20,000 nt of DNA from Veleropilina oligotropha (lineage: Eukaryota), in the NCBI GenBank assembly GCA_048128005.1, contig JBEUKZ010000016.1:619358-639357 (forward strand). Direction: 5' to 3'. The notes beneath the pieces are model-generated. The model was not told where the DNA came from. It worked only from the letters and a program-made list of their open reading frames with translations, and made no database searches. The position numbers were made by a program, and so were the translations under genes. The first letter of the stretch is position 1; each line of letters begins with the position of its first letter. Shown here piece by piece: positions 1 to 8,300 of the stretch.

Positions 1-1
1 C

Positions 2-169
2 CTCTTTGGACAGGGCGTTGTAGTAGTCATCAACCGCTGTTTGAACAAGCTCTTGCCGCAGACCGCTGGTTCCTTCCTGTGGCGCCGCCACAATCCAGTC
101 CGTGGATCCAACCTCACCATCATCGTCGATGATGTCAGGCTCGAATGTGGGGTTCTCAAATTCCGCCAT
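2..169 (-). CDS. 5' part of a viral hypothetical protein, divergent from the capsid gene, running off the window edge
   Basis: Manual translation from ATG at 169: MAEFENPTFEPDIIDDDGEVGSTDWIVAAPQEGTSGLRQELVQTAVDDYYNALSKE, open to the edge. Not in the ORF track because it is truncated. Confidence 0.7.
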   Translation of the reverse strand, partial: MAEFENPTFEPDIIDDDGEVGSTDWIVAAPQEGTSGLRQELVQTAVDDYYNALSKE

Positions 170-212
170 TTGAATACTCAAGCTGGGATACGCATCTAAT
201 TCAGACAACAAC

Positions 213-1490
213 ATGGCCAGCACGTATGGACGCACGTTGAATCCATACCGCAGACTGCGAGAGCCTCTTGGGGTGAAAGGGGTCCGCCAGTCGGTCACGA
301 TAACGAACAACCCATCCACTATTGCTGCGAACCAGCAGCTGTTGGTTCGGTTCCCGAATCTCGGGACTCACGACGTTATCGTGCCAGGGACTGCCCACCT
401 CGCATTCACCATTGCTCTGACCTCGGCTAACCCGAACAGGACTGTAGTTCAGAACATCGGACGCGCCGTGATCAAAAAGACCACGATAAAGATCAGTGGG
501 AATGAAGTCATGTCTATAGATGACTCCGACGTGTACCACTGCTACTGTGATCTCTGGAAAACCGCAGGGGAGCGCACGAATGCCCAATATCAGGGTATTG
601 ATACCAGCGATGGACACAACACTACGAAGAACCGTGTCAGCGCTGAGGGCGCATTCAGACGTTCTGAGGACACAGCTATATCGGACGCGTACGGTCCGAG
701 GTTCCGCATCCCGCTGGACTTCGAGTTGCTGGAGAGCCACATGCCGTTCTACCAGAGTGCGTTGGGGGACCGTCTTGAGTATGAGCTCACCTTCAACGAC
801 CACTCAAGGACGATCAGGGACACCGATGACCCCAGCTCCAGCTACGTCATCGACAATATCAGCCTGGAATACGACATGGTCACTAATCTTGAGCTTGCCA
901 GGTTGATACAAAACCAATACTCGGGCCGCCTCACTATCCTGTACGATCGTGTCCTGCGGCATCGTAAGATCACGAGAGACAAGAGTGACACTTTGTGGAA
1001 TTTAAATTTGAATGTACCAGCGAAATCCATGAAGGGAATCCTACTTCTGTTCGAGGATCCCGCGAGAGACGCCGCACCATTCGCGAGGGACACCGAGGTC
1101 GAGGTCACCATTGAGGGCGTTCCAAATCAAATATACAGCCAGGGCATGCGTTCCTACCAGATGTGGGATGAAGCCAGGAGATTCTTCGCCTCCTCCCCAA
1201 GCAGCAAACGCCATCCTGAGGTCGCGTTGGTTGCCAAGGATTTGGAATTGGCGGACGTCACCCTGGGCGAGTTTCTGACTAAGAAGTTCGCCTTATTGAT
1301 AGATCTCCGGGTAACTGACGACGATGAGCTGCATGGGTCAGGCCGGAAAGTAGATAACGCCAGCGAGGGTATCACCATCCAGATAACTAAAACAGGCGAA
1401 GCAGCCGGTCCGTTGAACGTTTACCTGTACGTGATCATGGACGCGCAACTGCATATTCAGGATGGCCGATTTGTCACCGCGCTATACTAG
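213..1490 (+). CDS. Probable major capsid protein (double jelly-roll, Polinton/PLV-like)
   Basis: 425 aa, rich in beta-strand-like alternating hydrophobic segments (LLVRFP, LAFTIAL, LEYELTF, ISLEYD, WNLNLN, ITIQIT, VYLYVI). Size and position next to the packaging ATPase fit a Polinton MCP. CAACAACATG start context. Confidence 0.78.
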   Translation: MASTYGRTLNPYRRLREPLGVKGVRQSVTITNNPSTIAANQQLLVRFPNLGTHDVIVPGTAHLAFTIALTSANPNRTVVQNIGRAVIKKTTIKISGNEVMSIDDSDVYHCYCDLWKTAGERTNAQYQGIDTSDGHNTTKNRVSAEGAFRRSEDTAISDAYGPRFRIPLDFELLESHMPFYQSALGDRLEYELTFNDHSRTIRDTDDPSSSYVIDNISLEYDMVTNLELARLIQNQYSGRLTILYDRVLRHRKITRDKSDTLWNLNLNVPAKSMKGILLLFEDPARDAAPFARDTEVEVTIEGVPNQIYSQGMRSYQMWDEARRFFASSPSSKRHPEVALVAKDLELADVTLGEFLTKKFALLIDLRVTDDDELHGSGRKVDNASEGITIQITKTGEAAGPLNVYLYVIMDAQLHIQDGRFVTALY

Positions 1491-2097
1491 TAGACGGTTC
1501 CCGCACCCCAAGGACCCCCACTCCGCAATTATCTGCGGCCAGACGGGCTGTGGAAAGACAATTTTCATACTTTCACTCCTGGAAGGAGTCTATCGAGGGG
1601 TGTTCCGGCACATCGTAATTCTCTGCCCCACGATCAAGTTCAATAAGGCATACCAGTCCTGTCCATGGATCTGGACTGACCCTGAGGTGTACATAATCCC
1701 CCCTGGTGAGCGACTCCATGACTGGTTGCGGGGGTTCTACCGGCTGTTTCAGGGGGAGCCGACCCTCTATATCATCGACGACTGCGCCGCCAGCAAGGCC
1801 CTCGCCAAGAGAAGGGACATGCTGACTTTGTTGGCCTTCAGCGGAAGACACGCCGAACAGAGCGTATGGGTAGTGACGCAAAAGTACAACGCAGTCTTGA
1901 AGGAGCTCAGAGAGCAGACCCGCTGGGTCGCGCTGTTCCATTGCAAGGACCGCGACAGTTTCGAGGACTGTCTGCGCGAGAACGATGTTATCTCATCCTG
2001 CGACGAGAGAACCGCAGTGCGAGAGCTTTTGGCCAAGACCAGACACGCTAAGCTTCTGTTGAAAACTGATCAGCCCGTTGCTTATAGTGTGCTATAG
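1462..2097 (+). CDS. A32/FtsK-HerA family DNA packaging ATPase
   Basis: Walker A AIICGQTGCGKT (GQTGCGKT at 1537-1560), Walker B LYIIDD, and the A32-type segment SGRH...VWVVTQKY. Overlaps the capsid gene end by 29 nt. Confidence 0.92.
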   Translation: MADLSPRYTSRRFPHPKDPHSAIICGQTGCGKTIFILSLLEGVYRGVFRHIVILCPTIKFNKAYQSCPWIWTDPEVYIIPPGERLHDWLRGFYRLFQGEPTLYIIDDCAASKALAKRRDMLTLLAFSGRHAEQSVWVVTQKYNAVLKELREQTRWVALFHCKDRDSFEDCLRENDVISSCDERTAVRELLAKTRHAKLLLKTDQPVAYSVL

Positions 2098-2264
2098 CTA
2101 CCCAGCAGCTACTTAGCATCTGCCCAGCAAGCTCTCGCTTGTCGGATGCTGTATATCTAGCTTTTGCTTGCAGCCAAAGCCTGGTATTGCTGCTACTCGT
2201 AACATTGTGGTATTGGCATTATCGCTATATTAGACTGGCGAGGAGATGTTGGAAACGCTTAAGG

Positions 2265-2879
2265 ATGGACAGCCTCATTGATCAACTCATGGATGACGAG
2301 GAAGAAACGACCGTCTGCCAGGGCCCCCCACCCCGCTCGACGACCGAACGTGGCGAGGAACCTGAAACTGGCATAGCAAAGAAACGGGAGAGGCTTGCAG
2401 CATTAGCCGTTGGAGGACAGGCCCACCGATACATGGGGCGCAACCTCACAGTGGACCGAATCGACGATATGACTGACGACGAGGTTGAGAAACACCATGC
2501 ACGGTATGAAGCCAAGCTCGGTGCTGACATGACGAAGACCCTCGGGACTGCCGCTATACAGCTGTATGAGGGTGCAGCTGGGATGTTCTTGCCCATTCCG
2601 CCGGAGAACCAGCTACGACTGGTCGCTGACCTCGAGGCCGACCCTTTCATCTCACATGCCCTGAGCACTGCAAGCTGTGAGCTGTATTATAAATATGGCA
2701 TGTACCTCGCACCGCTGACCGCAGCGCTGACCACGGCTAAGCACTGCCAATTTGGACATGTTTGCCCGCCTAAAATATCGCGAGAGCGAGATCAAGATGA
2801 CAACGCAGGAAGTGGACCAAATGATCGAGAGCCAGCCGATAGAGAGGGTGACTTCTTCGACGGACTCATCAGTGAGTAA
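2265..2879 (+). CDS. Viral hypothetical protein (first ATG 2265; frame open from 2139 with an upstream hydrophobic segment)
   Basis: Long ORF in the + strand gene cluster, helical and charged. No recognised catalytic motif. Confidence 0.7.
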   Translation: MDSLIDQLMDDEEETTVCQGPPPRSTTERGEEPETGIAKKRERLAALAVGGQAHRYMGRNLTVDRIDDMTDDEVEKHHARYEAKLGADMTKTLGTAAIQLYEGAAGMFLPIPPENQLRLVADLEADPFISHALSTASCELYYKYGMYLAPLTAALTTAKHCQFGHVCPPKISRERDQDDNAGSGPNDREPADREGDFFDGLISE

Positions 2880-3318
2880 CAAGGACCCTAAAAAGGACCC
2901 TAAAAAGGACCCTAAGAAGGTCGCAGCAGGCCGGGCCGGTGCTGCGGCTCGGAAAGCCAAGCAGGAGAGGCTCCTTGCCGACGTTAGAAGACTCAAAGAA
3001 AACGCTCGACAAGTATCCGTCAGCGAAGTTCCTTCAGACCTACCGGAGGCACAGCCCCAACAAAAACACAGTGGTGCGCCCGCGGCTGAGGTGACCGCGG
3101 TCGAAAAGTCGGCTACACGGAAATCGGACCCAAAATTTAATTGGACCCAGGTAGCCGTTGCTGCCGGTACGGTTGCATTGGTATTTGTTGTCTGGAGACG
3201 CAACAACCCTGGTCCATCCACACCATATCAACAGCCACCAGCACAGGCGAGGCAGCCCACCCCCTCGAGGGCCACCACCGAATTGAAGAATGAGCACAAC
3301 CCGTTCCATATGCGATAG
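2797..3318 (+). CDS. Viral hypothetical protein with basic KDPK repeats, coiled coil and a single transmembrane segment
   Basis: First ATG at 2797. KDPKKDPKKDPKKVAAGRAGAAARKAK basic segment; hydrophobic VAVAAGTVALVFVVW followed by RR. Confidence 0.7.
   Translation: MTTQEVDQMIESQPIERVTSSTDSSVSNKDPKKDPKKDPKKVAAGRAGAAARKAKQERLLADVRRLKENARQVSVSEVPSDLPEAQPQQKHSGAPAAEVTAVEKSATRKSDPKFNWTQVAVAAGTVALVFVVWRRNNPGPSTPYQQPPAQARQPTPSRATTELKNEHNPFHMR
2881..2916 (+). repeat. 12-bp coding tandem repeat (AAGGACCCTAAA/G) x3
   Basis: aaggaccctaaa aaggaccctaaa aaggaccctaag encodes (KDPK)3. Confidence 0.9.
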
Positions 3319-3330
3319 TCTCAGTACAAC

Positions 3331-3570
3331 ATGACTACCCCGATTACTGACGGAAAGATGCTCGGCAACGCCGTCTATCACGCAGCTATCGTGTCCGGCC
3401 TCGCCATAGGCTACGCACGCCTGGTCAAGATGGTATTCAAGGGGGCGAGCCCCAAGCTGGACTTCACAGGGTACGATGTTGGGATGGTCGTCCTCGACAT
3501 AGCGCTCGCCATGGCGATGAAAGATATGCTGATCAAGCAAGGCATCATTCCGGCCGACGTTTTGAAGTAG
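3331..3570 (+). CDS. Small hydrophobic viral protein (79 aa)
   Basis: CAACATG start, two hydrophobic helices, tightly packed between neighbouring genes. Confidence 0.72.
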   Translation: MTTPITDGKMLGNAVYHAAIVSGLAIGYARLVKMVFKGASPKLDFTGYDVGMVVLDIALAMAMKDMLIKQGIIPADVLK

Positions 3571-3601
3571 TGTGACCTTGCTAGATAATCGCAGCATTTC
3601 A

Positions 3602-4033
3602 ATGGCTTCCATTGCGATGCTGGTTGGGGGCGCTCTCGTCAACGCCCTCGCCTTCAGCGGCTCCAACTTCCTCTTCTCGAAGCTACGCAGCTCCGGTGTT
3701 GATGCGGAGCGTAAACGCCACGACATTGCTGTAGAGCAGCTCAACGCCGCTCAGACTAAATGGTCCCAAAAGAGGGCAGAGCATCTCGACTGGCTGAACG
3801 TTGAACTTCGCCGTCAGGGTCACGCTGTTGGGACATTCCGAGATGTTGACGCCGCTATCTGTGAGTATGCATTGATCACCGGCAAGAACCTTGACCCCAC
3901 CGCTATAGGAGGTGGCCCTGAGCCCCAGCTGTCCGACTACTACACGCCTAGTGATGACCAAAAGGGACGTGAGATCACCTTCATCATCCTCGGGATGGCT
4001 GCGACCGGGTTGGTAGCCTACAAGCTCGCCTAA
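3602..4033 (+). CDS. Viral membrane-associated protein (N-terminal Gly/Ala hydrophobic helix, coiled coil, C-terminal TM)
   Basis: ATG at 3602: MASIAMLVGGALVNALAFSGSNFLFSKL...; C-terminal ITFIILGMAATGLVAYKLA. Confidence 0.72.
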   Translation: MASIAMLVGGALVNALAFSGSNFLFSKLRSSGVDAERKRHDIAVEQLNAAQTKWSQKRAEHLDWLNVELRRQGHAVGTFRDVDAAICEYALITGKNLDPTAIGGGPEPQLSDYYTPSDDQKGREITFIILGMAATGLVAYKLA

Positions 4034-4063
4034 TTATTTCCAGTGGACATTTTTTTCGTGGGC

Positions 4064-4363
4064 ATGTATAGTAATGGGGCTCCCAGAAGAGCTTACTGCG
4101 CCATGCTTGCGGTCAGTGGGGTGGCGCATAGTACTACGTCACTCGACTGCTGGCGCCGCGACGAAAAGACTATGGTGCGGTTCGTGGTCCTGGTGCTCTC
4201 GGGCCCGACCAACCTTTGGGAGACGACTGCGCAGCGACCGGCTCCGGAAGCTGAAGCCTGTTGGAGACTGATCAGTTTACTGGAATACATTGCCAGTCTC
4301 GATGGCAGCGAAGACCGGCAAAATAACTCGAGGGTGCGGAATGAACCGGAAGCTTGCAAATAG
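4064..4363 (+). CDS. Viral hypothetical protein (~99 aa)
   Basis: ORF fills the gap between the 3602 gene and the integrase on the same strand. First ATG at 4064. Confidence 0.5.
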   Translation: MYSNGAPRRAYCAMLAVSGVAHSTTSLDCWRRDEKTMVRFVVLVLSGPTNLWETTAQRPAPEAEACWRLISLLEYIASLDGSEDRQNNSRVRNEPEACK

Positions 4364-5339
4364 CTACTATAGCCCCCGAGGCTACTGGAAAGGGATCGCC
4401 GCGATAAAACATCTCTCGGCCGCAGTAGATGTCTCTGAAGACGTGGCCCGGGATTGGCTGAAGAAGCAGGCCATCTGGCAAATCTATTTACCTGTGCCAC
4501 GGCGGATTCCAAGACCAAAATTCAACGTCGAAACGCCGAACGAGGTTCACCAAGCCGACCTCCTGTTTCTCCCACATGACAAGGTCGGTCGTAAAACGTA
4601 CAAGTACGCTCTGACTGTGGTTGATGTGGCCAGTCGCTATAAAGAAGCTGAGCCATTGGCCACAAAAGAGGCCAAAGGGGTTGCTGAAGCAATTTCGCGA
4701 ATCTACAGGCGGAGTCCTCTTAGCTGGCCGAAATTGCTTCAGGTTGATCCAGGGCGGGAGTTTATGGGCGCGGTCTCCCAGCTGCTGGCAAAGAATAATG
4801 TCGAGGTTAGGCGTGGCCGTGTGGATCTCCATCGCGATCAAGGCATTGTGGAGCGCTTCAACCGGACGCTCGCTGAGCGGCTCTTCGGGCACCAGTATGC
4901 AAAAGAGATGCGGTTTGCAGAGTCTGCGAAAGAGGGTCAAAGGTCGACTGAGTGGGTCGCCCGGATAGCAGCTGTAGTTGCGGCCTTGAATGGGGAAGTG
5001 ACCAGGCTGACCGGTAAAAAGCCCAAGGACGCCATCAAGGCACCTCGCATTGCCCAAAAGCCAGGCGCCACTGTTCCAGGCCGACTGGGGAAGGAACAGA
5101 AACTCCCCTCTGACGTAGATGTTTGATACCTATATCAACCCGGTGAGTTGGAGGGTGGTCGCCGCCACGCTACTGACCCGGTGTGGTCTTTGACGGTTCA
5201 CAGGCTTGGACGCTCCGTCACTAAGCCTGACGAGCCTGTGCTCTACTACTTGCTTGATGGACCACCGCGTGGGTTTGTTCGAGAGGAACTTCTCGTGGTG
5301 CCTCGTGACACCCAGCTGCCGCCGGTTCTCAGGCGTTAA
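4341..5339 (+). pseudogene. Retroviral-type (rve, DDE) integrase of Polinton type, interrupted by one in-frame TGA at 5124-5126
   Basis: HQADLLFL (D 4557), YKYALTVVDVASRY, LQVDPGREF (D 4746), GIVERFNRTL (E 4851). The same frame continues after the TGA as YLYQPGELEGGRRHATDPVWSL...YYLLDGPPRGFVREELLVV to TAA at 5337-5339. Confidence 0.9.
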
Positions 5340-8300
5340 CAGCTGCTGCTCCCTCGTTTTCGGTTACATTCCAGACACGTTAAGCGCATGTTGTCGCGGA
5401 TGTGGCCCCTGCTGTTGTCCACACGGTCGACACTGAACTGCTGTGTGTCTTTGGGCTGGTAGGCCCACAGCAGCTCTATGTTGCATGCCGCGCAGCGGTT
5501 GTTTTGGGCGTCTTTGAGCTGCAGGATGTCATCGACCTTGAGGTTAAATCCCGGGAGTCCCTTGGCCTGGTCCTGGCGTTTGTACGCCACAAGCTTTTTC
5601 TGGATGGTCTTTCGAACCTGCTGCTTGCTCTGCGGCGGGGGCCTGTCCTCAGCACCCTCATCCGGAGGACAGGTTACCCGTTCGAGCTGATGCAGCAGCT
5701 CCACCCGGGACACGGCTAGGTAGGCGAGATTGCTCCACTGAAGGTAGTCGTCGATGATCCAGACTTTCTGTGGGTCGTGAATCGTAAGACCCTGGCTCGA
5801 ATGGATGGTGAGAGCATATCCCAGGCGCCAATCCGGGGTCAGGATAGCCCTTTCAGCGGCGTCAATGGTGACCTCGACGACGTCGTTCAGAACTAGCTCT
5901 TCTCTTTCGTCGGTGCCCGGAATCGTTACCATGATGTTTTGCTTACTGGTGTCCCTGGGGTGGTAAAGGATAGGTACCGGGGAGTCTGGGAAGTGCTCCT
6001 TGTGCCTCTGGAGCAACAGCTGTTGAGCCCGTTCGCGGACCTTCTGACGGCTGGTGAGGATTAGGTCGCCTGGCTTCCAGGTGTTGACGAACCGATCCCA
6101 TCCAAGGCAGCTAGGGAGCATCCGTCGCATCTCGTCGCACTGGACTTTGTCGGGCTGGAGACGTATACGTCTTTTCAGGGCTTGGAGGGCAGGGTCGTCT
6201 TTCGCCCTGTAGTCTACTTCGATCTCTTCATAGTAGTCCGCGGTCTGTTGCAGCCAGTCGTGCGGCATCTCGCCCGTAATCGGTGGTGGCTGGCCTTGAT
6301 CGCCACAGCAGATAACCTGAACTTCGTGGCGGCCCAGCCAGTCCAAGAACATCTCGAGGATGTGCCGCGGAACAGTACAGACCTCGTCCCAGATAATGAC
6401 GCGGGGGATGAACTTCTGACCCATGCGATCAGGCATCCAGTCATTCTGGCCGCTCCATCGGAAGAAGCTGTGGTAGGTCTGGGCTTTGACGCCTCTGGTC
6501 CGCATCTCTTTAGCGAGGCGGTGGGTTGGTGTGAACACGACGGGATTCCTTGCCTGAAAGAGCTCGATCGCTCTCGTAGTCTTGCCACAGCCCCCTCCAC
6601 CATTGCGGTAACTCAGGCGATGGTGGGTCAGTGTGTCATTGTAGCATGGCGCGGTGCTCGGCGGCACGTCCTTTGCGGCACAACAATACTCTGGCTTGGG
6701 CAGGTATGCGGCATGTTCCTGTGGCATGTACAGCTGTTCGCCCTTGTCACGCCACTGTGCCGGTGCTACTGGCGGAAGGTACGGCTCCCCGATCAGACAG
6801 GAGATACACGATTTCTCGCCACAGTTGCAGAGTTTGGGGGCAACGTACACCGTGACATCGTCGAGCTTCTCCAACGAGGCCTTCTTGAGGTAGATGCTGT
6901 CAGTGGCTACTCGGACAGCCTCGTCAGGGGTGAAACGCTGAAGCATTGATAGGAGGTTTATGTGGGCATAGGCCAACATGGATGCCCTCAGGTGGGCGTA
7001 CTGTGGCTGCGAGCCATCATAGTACGTGAGGATGTGCCCCATAGGGCACCTTTGAGGTGCGCCGACCAGGGTACCACTTTGGCGGGTGTCTCTTACGAGG
7101 AAGTCCAGCTCACCCTGGTCAATCACCAGTCTACGAGTCAATCTTTTGCCATCGGCGTTGGCGCCTTGGGTGAATTTGCCGATAATGCTGCAGCCCTGGT
7201 CACGATCCGGAGGAAGCCAGACATCGATCTGTTTTTTGAATGCGATGATGGCCTCTCGGATCTTGAGGCTTTTTAGCAGTCCAGAGTCTACGAGGAAGGC
7301 GAGCAGCGGAGTTGGTGCCCATCCATTCTCTGCAAAGTGCTTCCCGAACCAGGCGGGAATGACGGGGTGGATGTCTTGTGCGAACTCCCATTCCACGACC
7401 TCAGCAAAGCCAGTCCCGATATCTTCGGGAAGAGGACCGTTAATTGCGACCCGAGTCATGCTGTGGAGTGGGTGCCCGAATCTTTCGAAATAGGGCTTGG
7501 CCTCGCCCTGCCCCAGAAAGCTTGCAGGGTAGCAGGATTTCATATCGATGCAGCAGATGTCGCCCGTATCATAGCCCATGGAATTCCACAGGCCACCATG
7601 GCCATGCTCTACACAGGCCTTCTGGATGTCATCGAGCAGGCTCGCTGGGGTGGGTTTCCAGCCGTTGGTCTCCTTGGCTATAATGCTAGCTGCATGGTTC
7701 ACGCCAAAGGCTCGATCAGCTAGGGACTCATTCCCCAGCGCTGTACAGGCTTCCTGGAGTCTCTCGTGATCATCTTTCGTCCTGTACGTGCGGCCGTCCT
7801 GAAGCATGAACTGGTTCACGTTGAGCTGTCGGTCTTTACCGCTTAGGAGCCAGACAGCTAATGGCTCGTTCCGTGTGGCTTGTCGGATAGCTTCCCAGAC
7901 ATCGCCCTCGTAGATGTGGACCTCGCGAGACTGCGGGAAGTGCAGGTCCTTGGACCAGGCGTGGCCGTTGTGACAGATGAGTTCTACGTTTCTGAACGTA
8001 TGGGTTCCTTGACCGCGGTACTTCCCACTGTTGTAGATGTCCGCACCGGCGATGTCTCGCACGATGATCGCCCGCTTCAGTATCCTCTCGAGGATGGATA
8101 TATCATCCACAGTGGCGCCTGTTACATGGACTCGCTCTTCCCACTCCTGTATTTTCTGCCGCCTGATTGGAGTTAGTCCGTTTCCTCTCAGGGCACCTTC
8201 GAAGTGCTCAACCACTCTCTGGGCAACACAGTTAAGGTCGCCGTTTTTCATTGGTACCAAATTGGCGGGGTTTGGTTCTCTGAGAGGATAGACGCCGTAG

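Noticed and set aside
201..5057. Minus-strand ORFs opposite the capsid-to-integrase cluster (201-803, 3040-3744, 4488-5057, etc.)
   Set aside because: Antisense shadows of motif-bearing + strand genes.
5336..6610. Helitron RepHel interpretation of the SF1 helicase
   Set aside because: No HUH/Y2 Rep motifs seen upstream. PolB motifs and capsid, ATPase and integrase neighbours indicate a Polinton-like virus.
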